DNA of 64,000 nucleotides, from NCBI GenBank assembly GCA_045613285.1, contig JAZLAQ010000007.1:485-64484 (forward strand), given 5' to 3'. Under the pieces are notes generated by a model. The model was not told the DNA's origin. It saw only the letters and a program-made list of their open reading frames with translations, and did no database searches. The position numbers were made by a program, and so were the translations under genes. This DNA is from Alphaproteobacteria bacterium. Lineage in GTDB: Bacteria > Pseudomonadota > Alphaproteobacteria > CAAHEQ01 > UBA3637. Positions 11,888-22,553 of the stretch are shown here, piece after piece. Position 1 is the first letter of the stretch; each line of letters begins with the position of its first letter.

Positions 11888-12745
11888 ATGAAAAAAGAAA
11901 TTATTGTTGCCGGCGGATGCTTTTGGGGAGTACAAAGTGCTTTTGATAAAGTTAATGGTGTTTTAGAAACAGAAGTCGGATATATCGGCGGTCATTTAAA
12001 AAATCCAACTTATAGAGATGTTTGTTCGGATAAAACCGGTCATTTAGAAGCTGTTAAAATTATTTATGATACAAAACAAATATCATTGGAAGAATTATTA
12101 GATATATTTTTTATGATACATGATCCGACAACGCTTAATAAGCAGGGTGTTGATATCGGTTCGCAGTATCAGTCAGCTTTGTTTTACCAGAATGAAGCAG
12201 AAAAAAAAGAAATAAGAAAAAGTATCAGAAAAAATCAAAAGTATTTTATAAAGCCGATTGTAACAGTTGTTCGAGAAAAAAGCGTTTTTTATCCGGCTGA
12301 ACATGAACATCAAAAGTATTTGCAAAAGCAGGGGGAAAAAACAAGTCGTTGTGTGGAAATTAATAAAGAAACTTTTCTGCAACAAAAATTGACACCTGAT
12401 CAATACTGGGTCATGCGGGGGCGTGGAACAGAAGCTCCCTTTTCCGGAGAATATCTGTACAATACGGAAAAAGGGGTTTATCGATGTGCGGCATGTGGTC
12501 AGAAATTATTTTTATCCGATTACAAGTTTTCTTCTGAATGTGGGTGGCCGGCCTTTGATAATTCGTTGCCGGAAACGCTGGTTATAAAGAAAGATTTTAG
12601 TCATTTTATGATAAGAGATGAGGTTATTTGTCGCCAGTGTGGTTCTCATTTAGGACATTTATTCTGTGACGGTCCAACAAAAACCGGTGTGAGATATTGC
12701 ATCAATTCTGTAGCTTTAATGTTTGTTCCTCAAAAACAAAAATAA
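11888..12745 (+). CDS. msrAB: Bifunctional methionine sulfoxide reductase MsrA/MsrB
   Basis: AGGCFWG (MsrA) and GWPAF...HLGH.F.DGP..TGVRYCINS (MsrB). Confidence 0.93.
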   Translation: MKKEIIVAGGCFWGVQSAFDKVNGVLETEVGYIGGHLKNPTYRDVCSDKTGHLEAVKIIYDTKQISLEELLDIFFMIHDPTTLNKQGVDIGSQYQSALFYQNEAEKKEIRKSIRKNQKYFIKPIVTVVREKSVFYPAEHEHQKYLQKQGEKTSRCVEINKETFLQQKLTPDQYWVMRGRGTEAPFSGEYLYNTEKGVYRCAACGQKLFLSDYKFSSECGWPAFDNSLPETLVIKKDFSHFMIRDEVICRQCGSHLGHLFCDGPTKTGVRYCINSVALMFVPQKQK

Positions 12746-12810
12746 AATACTTGATTTTTAGTTTTGGTTTCGGGTATAATAGACGTAAATTCTGAGATAA
12801 GGAGGTTTAT

Positions 12811-13773
12811 ATGTCCGAAAAAAAAGAAATGAAAGAAGAAGCTATACCGGTTCAAGAAGTTAAAACAAAAACAATTTCGGTAAAGCGTTTTATTCGTTCA
12901 CTTATTGTGGTTATTTTATCTTTCATCTGTGTTTTTATAGGGGTGTTGATTGATCAATTGCATACGCCGTTAGAGGATTTTCATCCGACGTTTACAAATG
13001 AACAAAAAGCCCAAATGTCTTTCCCAGAAAAAGTGGCTATACAAGAAGTTAAGATTGAAAAAACAATTGAAAAAGTGAAACCAGAACCCCAAAAAACAAA
13101 AACAGATTCTGTCGAAAGTATGGGGATGGATTATCCGCCTTTGAACATGCAAAGTAAGGTATCTGAAACTACAACAGAAGATGCTTTACCTGTGATTGAA
13201 GAAAAGAATCCAGCAAAGGAAATGCCCAAGGTTGTTTCTCCGGTTGAACTGACACAAAATAAAAAATCAGATTTAAAAGTTCGGGATATACTGCAATTAA
13301 GGGATAATTTAAATGAGGGTAAATCTTGCTTTTTGGATTTGCAAAAGTTGTTGAAGATAAATCTATCCGGTCAGGAAAAAAAATTGTTAAATGATATTAT
13401 GCCAGTTTGTTTAACAAATGGACAGGCGTTTTTGGATTTAAACAAGGTTTTCTATGCCAATAAGAAAAAAGCATTAATGACTTATTATAAAGAAAATAAT
13501 CCCAAATGGTTGGCGTATACGAAAGTAGTCGCTTCTATGATTGTGGAAGTGCGACGTATAAACCCTAAAAAACAGACGCCAAAGAATATTATGTTTATGG
13601 CTGAAAATGCATTGGAAGTTCGGAATTTCGAAAAAACAATTCAAATGATACAAAAATTACCAAAGTCAATACAGTTGGATTTTACGCCATTTGTTCAGTT
13701 GGCAACAGAATATATTAAAGCACAAGAAGCAACAGAACAGTTGATTTTATCTTTCGAAAGAAAAGGAGAATAA
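12811..13773 (+). CDS. Single-TM membrane protein, possibly mitofilin/COG4223-like
   Basis: N-terminal TM and helical C-terminus; lies directly upstream of the hemY-like gene, as COG4223 does in alphaproteobacteria (synteny-based inference). Confidence 0.5.
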   Translation: MSEKKEMKEEAIPVQEVKTKTISVKRFIRSLIVVILSFICVFIGVLIDQLHTPLEDFHPTFTNEQKAQMSFPEKVAIQEVKIEKTIEKVKPEPQKTKTDSVESMGMDYPPLNMQSKVSETTTEDALPVIEEKNPAKEMPKVVSPVELTQNKKSDLKVRDILQLRDNLNEGKSCFLDLQKLLKINLSGQEKKLLNDIMPVCLTNGQAFLDLNKVFYANKKKALMTYYKENNPKWLAYTKVVASMIVEVRRINPKKQTPKNIMFMAENALEVRNFEKTIQMIQKLPKSIQLDFTPFVQLATEYIKAQEATEQLILSFERKGE

Positions 13774-13776
13774 GTC

Positions 13777-14961
13777 ATGTTGAAATTTATTTCTATTTTA
13801 ATCAGTTTTATTGTTGCCGGATTTTTGATGGTTCATGACACATGGATGATAACAATCACAGCCTTTGGATTCCAAGTTAAGACATCGTTGGTTACTTTAT
13901 TGGTTTGTTTGGTTCTGTTTTGTTATTTATTATGTTTGTTGAAAAAACCATTCCATTGGATAAGAGGATGTCAGACTTGGTATCAGAAAAGAAGACAAAA
14001 TCAAAAAGAAACATTCCTATTATTGGCATTACGTACTGTTTTGGATCAGAATAGCCAGATAAAAAAGCAATTACTTAAGCAAAAAAACAGTTTTTTTGAT
14101 AAAAAGTCAAATGAAAATATTGTATTAACGGCTTTGTTGGATCCTTCAACGCATACGTTTGAGCAATTGTTACATCGGGAAGGAACTGAGTTGGCCGGAA
14201 TTCGAGGTTTGTCGCAGTATGCCCAAAAAAAAGGAGATTTAACAGAAGTTAATCGGCTTTTGCAAAAAGCTATTCAAAAACATCCGGATGAAATTTGGGT
14301 TTGGGAATCTTTATGGGAAAATCAGGTTCTGTTGAATGATTGGTCAGAAGCATTGAAAACACTTGATTGGTTATTGGATAACAAATGTCTGGATAAAAAA
14401 ACATATCAAGACAGAAAATCTTTACTATTGTTGAAATTGGGACGTGTTAAGGATGCCTATAAATTGAATCCTAAAAATATTCCTATCGTTTTGGCTTATA
14501 TCAAAGAGGAACCCGCGAAAGCATTGTCTGTGATAACAAATGTTTGGGAACATGATCCTTGTTGGGCTTTGTTTTCGGATTTTGAAAAAACAATATCTGA
14601 TGAAAAAACGGCAACGCAAATGAAAAGGGTTGAAAAATTGGTCAAAAATAATCCGGAAAATAAGTTTTCTCTGATGGCTTTGGCACAAATCGCTATGAAT
14701 AATGAGTTATGGGGTGTCGCCAAAGAATACTTAACACAATATTTAAATGCATATCCGTTGACAGGACAAGTCGCCAGAATGATGGCTTTGGTTGAACGGG
14801 AAGGGTGGCATCATGAAGAAGAAGCCAAACAATGGGATGAAAAATCTTTGACGACTCAACAAGATTTATCTTGGGGATGTGATAACTGTGGGCATCTGAC
14901 GGAACAATGGGATGTTGTTTGTCCGAATTGTAATGCTTTTGGACGAATTTATCATCCTTAA
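13777..14961 (+). CDS. HemY-like TPR membrane protein
   Basis: Two N-terminal TMs, TPR-like helices, LWGVAKEYL, C-terminal WxCxxCG...W..VCPxC. Confidence 0.75.
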   Translation: MLKFISILISFIVAGFLMVHDTWMITITAFGFQVKTSLVTLLVCLVLFCYLLCLLKKPFHWIRGCQTWYQKRRQNQKETFLLLALRTVLDQNSQIKKQLLKQKNSFFDKKSNENIVLTALLDPSTHTFEQLLHREGTELAGIRGLSQYAQKKGDLTEVNRLLQKAIQKHPDEIWVWESLWENQVLLNDWSEALKTLDWLLDNKCLDKKTYQDRKSLLLLKLGRVKDAYKLNPKNIPIVLAYIKEEPAKALSVITNVWEHDPCWALFSDFEKTISDEKTATQMKRVEKLVKNNPENKFSLMALAQIAMNNELWGVAKEYLTQYLNAYPLTGQVARMMALVEREGWHHEEEAKQWDEKSLTTQQDLSWGCDNCGHLTEQWDVVCPNCNAFGRIYHP

Positions 14962-15713
14962 TAATGATATTTATCTTTGAGTCTGTTCCGATAAGTTTTA
15001 TTTGGTATTAGATTGATAAGTATCTTTTTTGTCCACCAGAAAATTAAATCAGTTAAAGGTTGCTTTAGCCGGTAGGGTGTTATTAGCCGATTAAGTTTTT
15101 TTGTATTGATTGCGTACGGGCGAGCTCCTTGTTTCGTAGACGCGTAATAGGCATGTATACGGGTGATATTATCACTGATATACTCTGTTTTGGTTTGTGA
15201 TGGTGGACAATTAGTTAAATATAAAAGATCGATTTTAGAATTGGGAAAAACATTTCGTACTTTTTCCATGCTGGAGGTCAGTTCTGATGCTGAAAAGTTT
15301 TTCTTTTGATCAGGGGGTTCTATGAAAACCAATAAAACAGTTTTTGATGCTTTGATATTGTCGAACAGACGTTTAATTCGTCTTTCATATTTTTGACGGA
15401 CAATCGGATAGCTTTCGTTGAACGGAGTACCAGTTGGAAAATCATGGTTAAAAATCAATTGATTTCGTTTATTCAGATAGACATCGCATAAGTTATTTTT
15501 ATCTCCGTTATTTTCATTTTTAAATATCAGGTCACCTTTGTCTATAAAGTGGGCAAAGTTTGTCGATAAAAATTCGGATCGGGCAATAAAATCCGAACCG
15601 GCAATCCAGTCAAAAGGACCGGATGATTTACGAAGTCCTTTACGAATTAAAACAGAAGCACAGGAACAAGCCCCACCCATGGAAAAAATAAAATGATAGT
15701 ACTTTTTTTGCAT
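14958..15713 (-). CDS. Putative papain-like cysteine peptidase (DUF1796)
   Basis: SMGGAC, LRKSSGPFDW, FNHDF, KYERRIKR. Confidence 0.8.
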   Translation of the reverse strand: MQKKYYHFIFSMGGACSCASVLIRKGLRKSSGPFDWIAGSDFIARSEFLSTNFAHFIDKGDLIFKNENNGDKNNLCDVYLNKRNQLIFNHDFPTGTPFNESYPIVRQKYERRIKRLFDNIKASKTVLLVFIEPPDQKKNFSASELTSSMEKVRNVFPNSKIDLLYLTNCPPSQTKTEYISDNITRIHAYYASTKQGARPYAINTKKLNRLITPYRLKQPLTDLIFWWTKKILINLIPNKTYRNRLKDKYHY

Positions 15714-15879
15714 AAAAAATCCTTTCGTATAGAATTTAACCAAAGTTTTAAAAAAAAATCAATATTTTTCCGAATTAAAAAAATATTATAAAATGTAAAA
15801 AAAACTTGCATTTGCTTTTTTTGTTCGGTATCATACAAAATTATGGTATAGTATTTTATTCATAAACAAAGGGTGTCAT

Positions 15880-18800
15880 ATGTTAAAAAAAATCGTTTAT
15901 TCTTCGTTGCTTGTTGGTTTTTTTGCAAGTCAGTTTTCCGGGGCTGTATGGGCAGAAAGTCATTCAGTTAAATCTTCAAGAGTGTATCAGGCTTATTTGA
16001 CGGCAGCTGCGAAGGGTGATTTTTCCCGTTTGGAACAATTGAAAAGTATTGCTTCTGTTGATGTTGTTAATGAAAAAGGTGATACCGCACTTTGTACGGC
16101 AATCAAAACTAAAAATGTGACGGCTTATAATGCCTTGATAGCCATTGGTGCGGATAAGGACCATGCCTGTATAGATGCTTTGTCAGACAGACAAAAAAAA
16201 TCTTTTTGTGAGAATAAAGGTATAACGGATAATTCTTTGTGCAGAAGAATACCAGTTGAAGCGGGTATGTCTACAACGAATATTGCTATGAATACTGCTG
16301 GTGCTGTTTTATTGACTGGTGGTGCTGTGGCTGCTATTGCCGGCGGTGGCGGCGGTGGTGGCGGAAGCAGTGGCGACGGAGAAAATGGTGGTGAAGGTGG
16401 TGGTGAAAATCCACCGCCCCCACCACCAGTAGACGCCTGTGCCGGTATTGAATGTGGAGAACACGGTAGTTGTTCAGATGGCGTTTGTGTTTGTCAGGAT
16501 GGATATTCAGGAACGAATTGTGATGTTCCGCCGACAGGTGGCGAAGATCCGGATGATCCCGATGGGCCGATCGATTCGGAAATTACGATTGAGGATTGTG
16601 AAGCCGGTACATACTTTGACGGTGAAAAATGTGTTTTTTGTGCTGAAAATCAATATTCTGGGCCGGCATCAGATACCTGTCAGGCTTGTCCGGAAGGTAG
16701 TAAAAGCAGTGCTGGTTCAGCCGCTTGTACCGCTTGTTTAATGGGAGAAACATGTCATTGTCAGACTGGATATGTTTGGAATCCAGCCGTCGGTACCTGT
16801 ATGGAAAATATGGCTAAGAATGATTGTTTGGGTGGTCGAAAAATTGAAACGGGTGCTGGTATCCAATGTATTTGTGATGATGGATATAAATTGGTTGAGG
16901 GAACCTGTGTAAAACCGGTGGGAGATGATTTTAATACCGGGGACAGTAAAAATGAAACAACGATTGATTTGTCTGATTCTTCCAGTGGTACGGTATTAAC
17001 GACACTTGCCGTAACGGCGGCACCTGAAATACGATATGGTATGGTTGCTGAATTGGGGGGGAGTGCTGAAAATACATCAAGTGGTGTCATTGTCGGTACA
17101 TCTGATACTGAAATGGTCGGAATGTTGGCAAATGGTGTCGGTGTTCGAGAAGATAGTGGGGTTTACACACCTGCAACGGCGGCCAATAAAGGGGAAATAT
17201 CATTGACAGAAGAAACGAGTGCCGGTCAAGGGGTGACCGGTATGCTGGCCTCTGCCGGTGCAACCATTTATAATGCCGGAAACATTGAATTGACGACAAA
17301 ATCTGTATCGGATTCTTATGGAATGAGAGCGGTCGGTTATTGGGAAAATGGTAGTAATCCGGTTGATACTGGCTATGATTTAATTAATGACGGAACAATT
17401 ACGCTGAATGCTCAGGAAAAGACAAAAGATTTATACGGTATGTACGCCTTAAAACGCGATATTGTCAATAATGGTTTGATACAGACATTCTTTTCCAATC
17501 TGGACACGGTTAATACCGTTGTTGGTAATGTCGTCGGCATGTTCAGTAATCAAGAATTAGTCAATAACGGTGCTATTACTTTGGTTCGAACCGATTCAGG
17601 GACGGATGCTAATTTGAATTTTAATGCCATGCAGGTATCACAAGACGCAATATTGACCAATAAAGGTTATGTAAAGGATGAGGTGACCGGTAAAGAACAG
17701 GGGTTGATTTCTTTGGATGTTAAAGGAATGCCTTATTTTGTGCGGGGTATGTATGGTGAAAAAGCCAATAATACTTTACTGAATGAAGGAAAAATTCAAA
17801 TTACCGGCTCAGCAATGACAAAAGGTGTAACCGGTGATTTCGGTGGTATTTATGCTATGTCCGCCGGACAAGGGGGAAGTGTCACCAATAAAGGGATGAT
17901 TTATTTAGGAACAACCGTTTATGACGATAATAAACAGTCTTGGGTTATGAATACGTTTGATGAAACATCCGGTACGTACATCCCTGTTCGAGATTCTTTG
18001 AAATTGACAGGGGACTATGCCTTTATGACGGCTATGCATGGAGAGGTGAATACAACGCTGGATAATCAGGGGCGTATCGTTTTGGATTTGGAACCGGGAC
18101 AGTCTAATTTGGCGTTGTCCAGTTATATTATGCGGAATAATACAGGGTCTATTACCAATTCAGGTTTAATTGCCGTTAATTTGTCTTCGGATACAGTAAA
18201 AGAAGTTTTCGGTAGTAGTATTTTATCCATTATGAGAACAAATTTAGGTAAGACCTTAGGTAATAAAGGAACTATTCGAATAGATACCGATGTCAGTAAT
18301 TTGAACATAGATGTTTTTTCATCTAATGGCAAGTTGGTTGCCGATAATTATGAAGGTGGTCGGATTGATGTTAACACAAAAGGGGATGGTGTCTGGATTG
18401 ATGTCTTTGGAATATCCGGTGAAGCCAGAAATGATGGGGAAATTTCTATTGTTCAGGATGGGGCATACGGTGTTATCAAGGCTGTTGGTGGTGGACAGGG
18501 TGAAACCGGTACGACGACTATTACTTTGAAAAATGGTGAAGAAACAACTATTACCGGTTTTGAAAGCGGATTTGGTTATAATAAGGGTTTGATTACTATT
18601 AATATGGATGGTGATTCTTCTGCTGATTATGCTAAGGCTATGAGTGGAACGGAAATTAACAATTTAAATAACATCACTATCAAGTCAACAAATAAAACAA
18701 GCAAATCTTATTTTGGAACAATGGTGGGTATGGATTTAGCCTATAGCTCGGATACTGGAAAGGAATTAATCAAATCTTCCAATGGTACAATCGGTAATAA

Positions 18801-21800
18801 AAAGGAAAGTTCCATTATTGCAATTGACATGAAAGGCTCCGGTTTAATCTATGGGGTAGATGTTGTCTCGGCTGGATATAGTAAGGATTCAAGAAATAAT
18901 GATTTCTATAATACCGGTATTATAGATATTAAATTGGATGCTGATGAAAAAGATACCACAACAAATGTTATCGGCATTCGCAATTCAATGGATTTTTCAT
19001 CTTTGACTTTGGATCCGGTTAATCCGTCGGCTTTTGTGGTTAATAGTGATTTCCGAATTGGTCGGGTTATCAATGATGGTACGATTAGCATCAATGCCCA
19101 AAATGTATCAGCCGGTCAGGGGATCTATGTTGAAACCGGATTGGATGGGGTTAGTCGGTATTTGCCGTATGATATTGCCGGTATGGTAACAAATGGTGTT
19201 GCCGTCAATAATGGTACAATTAGAATTATTACTTCCGATGAAACGGGTAACGCCACAGGTTCAGCCCGTAGTGTAGGTATTTTGGCTTATGATGGTGGCG
19301 TCGGTATCAATAATGGGGAAATCTACTTTACCGGTAAAGAGGGTAGTTTTGTCGGATTGTATGGTACCGGATATCGGGATATGACTTATGTCAATGGCAG
19401 TGATATTCATCACGCCACTAAACGGGAACGTCAATACGCAACGGTTTATAATAACGGAGCTATTTATATCAATGATAAAACTTTTGATGGTAAGGCTTCC
19501 GGTAAAAATGAATCCGATGCTGTTTATGGGGATAACAATGCCATTTTATCGGATGCTTATGATAAACTAAATGATAAGTATATACCAACCTCATGGACAG
19601 AAAGTTATAAAGTTGACAGTGATGGTTTGGAAACAGATAAAAATAATCCAAGTGCCCCGAAAGAACCTTTGGCAAATATTCAGGGGGGCAAAACAGATGT
19701 TGAAAATCGGGGAGCCTATGTTCAAACGGATATGACTGAAATCGGTTTAGGTGGAACAGGTACTATCGTTTTGGATTCGACAACGGCCTCTGTCGGAACA
19801 GACGGCATTGTTAAGACATACAAAACTATACCGTTGAATAACTGGATTTTTAACGGAACGGAAAAGAAACCTGTTCAATGGGATATTGCGACAACTTTGG
19901 GTACCGGTACAATTGATGTGACCAATTTGAATGGAACGACAACAAAACTGCCTTTTGATGCCATTGGTTTTGCAACGAATGGCTATGCTTTGAATAAGGG
20001 TCATATGGTAATTAATGCCACGGGTAATGGGCGGGTTGCCGGTTTGGTTGCCTATGACGGTGGTGTTGTTGAAAACAAAGGGACGATAACCATTATCGGT
20101 GAAAATCGAAATAATGTGACGGCTTTGTATGCTACAGGATATCGGGATATTCATTTGATGGATACGGTTAATGTGGATGAATCAACAACACAAGATATCG
20201 TTGTTGCCGAAATTAGACAGCATTCGACCATGCATAACAGTGGTGTTATCCAACTGAAAGAAAAACTAGAGGATAAGGACCCTGAGATTGTTCGTTCAGG
20301 AGATAAAGCTTATATTGATTATGCAAATGATGGTGATGTTATGAACGCCGGTGGTGGTCTTATTCATGACACAAAAGGTGCCTATAATATGGATGCCTTT
20401 GGGTACGTTTATAAAAAAGATCAAAACGGATATGTGGATTATGAAAATCCGCAAAAGGTCAGTTCTTCTTTGTCATCGGTAACGGATAATGATAAGATTG
20501 CCCCGAACAATAATAAGTTAGAAAGTACGGTTGTGTCAGATACAACATTATCAGTACCGGTAACCGTTTTGAATCAGGGTGTTAATTATGTGTCAGAAAC
20601 AGGCGGTGTTTTTGCTGCAGAAGGAACACAGGTTGTTGGTGATGTCTTGGGTGGTGTAACTTTGGTTCAAGGCACAAATGAAGATAAATATGTATCTGTC
20701 GGACGGGGGGAAGGAGCTGTTATCGGTAACGGTGATACATCCCGTTTGGGGATTGGTTCTATGTCGGCTATGTTTACCGCCGATTGGGCTAAAAATACTT
20801 CCAATGAAAACGGAATGGATATCGTTATGACACGCCGGAACTTTAATGAGTTGACAGATAACGGGTCTTTGGCTCAATTCTTGGAAAACAACTATGCTTT
20901 GGCGAATAATACAGAGTTCTTTGATGTTCTGAAAGGGGCTGAAACGGTTCATGCTTTCCAAAATACGTTGGGTGGTATGACAGGATTGGATAACTTCAAT
21001 CGCTTTGCATCCGAAGATTTGACAGTTATGCGGGAAATGAATTTGGCTATGAATAAAACGATGTTTGCCAATAATGAGTCTGCTTTGTTTGAAACACAAG
21101 GTCAGGTATCCCAATTCGCATTCCGGAATAATAAATCCAGTAATGCTTCTTTCGCTTTGGCTAATAAACGTATTTCACCACGGGTGAAGGTGGGTTATGC
21201 TATGTCGGTCAGTAATCTCCGGACGGATGATGATCATAACAACAGTCGGACTAATACAATGTATCAAGTCGCTATGCCGATTAGTTATATGCAAGGCGGT
21301 GTTCAGTTGATTACAACGCCGGCCGTAGGATTTGCCCGTGGTCATTATGGTCGGACGGGATATGACAATACAAATTATAACGGCTATATTGAAAAACGGA
21401 CAGTTTCGTTGATGAATGAAGCTCGCTATCCGATTTCTGTCGCCGGATTTGAATTGGCTCCGACAATCGAATTTAATGCCATTGCTTATAACCAAAAGGG
21501 TGGTGAAGATAATAAAGCCTATAGCCTGACTGTTGAATCGGATAATAATCTATCCATTGAAGCCGGTATCGGATTGTATGCTACAAAAGATTTCGGTTTG
21601 GGACATGATAGTCGGTTTAACCTGAACGCCGGTGTTATGATGTATCGGGAATTTGCTGATCCGTATAACATTAAACTGGGCATGCAAGGTATGGAAGGAA
21701 CGTTTAACCTCTTTGATGATAAACAAAGAGATTATCGTGGGGTGGCAACCTTTGGTTTTGATTATACGGTTGGGAATATGGATATCTATGGTGCCGTTCA

Positions 21801-21861
21801 GCATTACATGGAAACAGAAAACCATACGAATATTAAAACCGGATTGAAATATGCATTCTAA
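15880..21861 (+). CDS. Large autotransporter-like adhesin (ankyrin, EGF/Cys-rich, beta-helix passenger, beta-barrel)
   Basis: Signal peptide, ankyrin-like GDTALCTAI, EGF-like CGEHGSCSDGVCVCQDGYSGTNC, many NxGxI repeats, C-terminal barrel ending GLKYAF. Confidence 0.85.
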   Translation: MLKKIVYSSLLVGFFASQFSGAVWAESHSVKSSRVYQAYLTAAAKGDFSRLEQLKSIASVDVVNEKGDTALCTAIKTKNVTAYNALIAIGADKDHACIDALSDRQKKSFCENKGITDNSLCRRIPVEAGMSTTNIAMNTAGAVLLTGGAVAAIAGGGGGGGGSSGDGENGGEGGGENPPPPPPVDACAGIECGEHGSCSDGVCVCQDGYSGTNCDVPPTGGEDPDDPDGPIDSEITIEDCEAGTYFDGEKCVFCAENQYSGPASDTCQACPEGSKSSAGSAACTACLMGETCHCQTGYVWNPAVGTCMENMAKNDCLGGRKIETGAGIQCICDDGYKLVEGTCVKPVGDDFNTGDSKNETTIDLSDSSSGTVLTTLAVTAAPEIRYGMVAELGGSAENTSSGVIVGTSDTEMVGMLANGVGVREDSGVYTPATAANKGEISLTEETSAGQGVTGMLASAGATIYNAGNIELTTKSVSDSYGMRAVGYWENGSNPVDTGYDLINDGTITLNAQEKTKDLYGMYALKRDIVNNGLIQTFFSNLDTVNTVVGNVVGMFSNQELVNNGAITLVRTDSGTDANLNFNAMQVSQDAILTNKGYVKDEVTGKEQGLISLDVKGMPYFVRGMYGEKANNTLLNEGKIQITGSAMTKGVTGDFGGIYAMSAGQGGSVTNKGMIYLGTTVYDDNKQSWVMNTFDETSGTYIPVRDSLKLTGDYAFMTAMHGEVNTTLDNQGRIVLDLEPGQSNLALSSYIMRNNTGSITNSGLIAVNLSSDTVKEVFGSSILSIMRTNLGKTLGNKGTIRIDTDVSNLNIDVFSSNGKLVADNYEGGRIDVNTKGDGVWIDVFGISGEARNDGEISIVQDGAYGVIKAVGGGQGETGTTTITLKNGEETTITGFESGFGYNKGLITINMDGDSSADYAKAMSGTEINNLNNITIKSTNKTSKSYFGTMVGMDLAYSSDTGKELIKSSNGTIGNKKESSIIAIDMKGSGLIYGVDVVSAGYSKDSRNNDFYNTGIIDIKLDADEKDTTTNVIGIRNSMDFSSLTLDPVNPSAFVVNSDFRIGRVINDGTISINAQNVSAGQGIYVETGLDGVSRYLPYDIAGMVTNGVAVNNGTIRIITSDETGNATGSARSVGILAYDGGVGINNGEIYFTGKEGSFVGLYGTGYRDMTYVNGSDIHHATKRERQYATVYNNGAIYINDKTFDGKASGKNESDAVYGDNNAILSDAYDKLNDKYIPTSWTESYKVDSDGLETDKNNPSAPKEPLANIQGGKTDVENRGAYVQTDMTEIGLGGTGTIVLDSTTASVGTDGIVKTYKTIPLNNWIFNGTEKKPVQWDIATTLGTGTIDVTNLNGTTTKLPFDAIGFATNGYALNKGHMVINATGNGRVAGLVAYDGGVVENKGTITIIGENRNNVTALYATGYRDIHLMDTVNVDESTTQDIVVAEIRQHSTMHNSGVIQLKEKLEDKDPEIVRSGDKAYIDYANDGDVMNAGGGLIHDTKGAYNMDAFGYVYKKDQNGYVDYENPQKVSSSLSSVTDNDKIAPNNNKLESTVVSDTTLSVPVTVLNQGVNYVSETGGVFAAEGTQVVGDVLGGVTLVQGTNEDKYVSVGRGEGAVIGNGDTSRLGIGSMSAMFTADWAKNTSNENGMDIVMTRRNFNELTDNGSLAQFLENNYALANNTEFFDVLKGAETVHAFQNTLGGMTGLDNFNRFASEDLTVMREMNLAMNKTMFANNESALFETQGQVSQFAFRNNKSSNASFALANKRISPRVKVGYAMSVSNLRTDDDHNNSRTNTMYQVAMPISYMQGGVQLITTPAVGFARGHYGRTGYDNTNYNGYIEKRTVSLMNEARYPISVAGFELAPTIEFNAIAYNQKGGEDNKAYSLTVESDNNLSIEAGIGLYATKDFGLGHDSRFNLNAGVMMYREFADPYNIKLGMQGMEGTFNLFDDKQRDYRGVATFGFDYTVGNMDIYGAVQHYMETENHTNIKTGLKYAF

Positions 21862-21878
21862 CTGAAAAGGAAAAAAAT

Positions 21879-22532
21879 ATGAAAAAAACATTATATTTAT
21901 CATTAGTACTGGGAATGGCTTTGTCCGGTCAGGTTTTGGCTGACGGGATGGCTTCCGAACAGATTAACGAAAATTACAACGCAAAAAGTCGGGATGAAAT
22001 TATCCAAAAATATAAAAAGGCACCTGCTGTTCAAAAAACAAAAGAATGCAAAAAAACTTTTTATGTTACACCACGGATTGGTGGAAGTTATGTAAACTTT
22101 TTAGAATCCGGTGAAGATGATTTTGACGGATTGGGATTAACCGGTAATATTGCGGTTGGGGCTTATCTGGGTAATAACTTCCGTGTTGATGCTGAAGTCG
22201 GTTATCATGGTAAACGTGAAGTTGCGGAAGAATTCGGTTCTGATGTTGATTATAAACAGTTAGATGTTATGTTAAACGGTTATTATGATATTAAAACAGA
22301 TGGGGAATTGGTTCCTTTCGTTGGGGTTGGTGCCGGTTGGTATAAATCTAAATTTACGGCAGACAAACAATCTGATACAGATCGGGTCGTTGGTGTCTCA
22401 GTAGCCGGTGGTGCAACCTATCCGATAACGGATGCTATCGCTGCTGAAGGTATGGTACGGGCAAAATACTTATTCCATACAGAAAATGCCTTGAATGTAG
22501 ATGCATTGGCTGGTTTGAGATTCAGTTTTTAA
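21879..22532 (+). CDS. Small outer-membrane beta-barrel protein (opacity/OmpA-like)
   Basis: Signal peptide, FRVDAEVGY, MLNGYYD, PFVGVGAG, terminal GLRFSF. Confidence 0.85.
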   Translation: MKKTLYLSLVLGMALSGQVLADGMASEQINENYNAKSRDEIIQKYKKAPAVQKTKECKKTFYVTPRIGGSYVNFLESGEDDFDGLGLTGNIAVGAYLGNNFRVDAEVGYHGKREVAEEFGSDVDYKQLDVMLNGYYDIKTDGELVPFVGVGAGWYKSKFTADKQSDTDRVVGVSVAGGATYPITDAIAAEGMVRAKYLFHTENALNVDALAGLRFSF

Positions 22533-22553
22533 TTTTGAATGAAAGGAAAAAAT

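Noticed and set aside
16439-21903. Many short alternative-frame and antisense ORFs inside the autotransporter and other long genes
   Set aside because: They are shadow ORFs fully overlapping well-supported genes.
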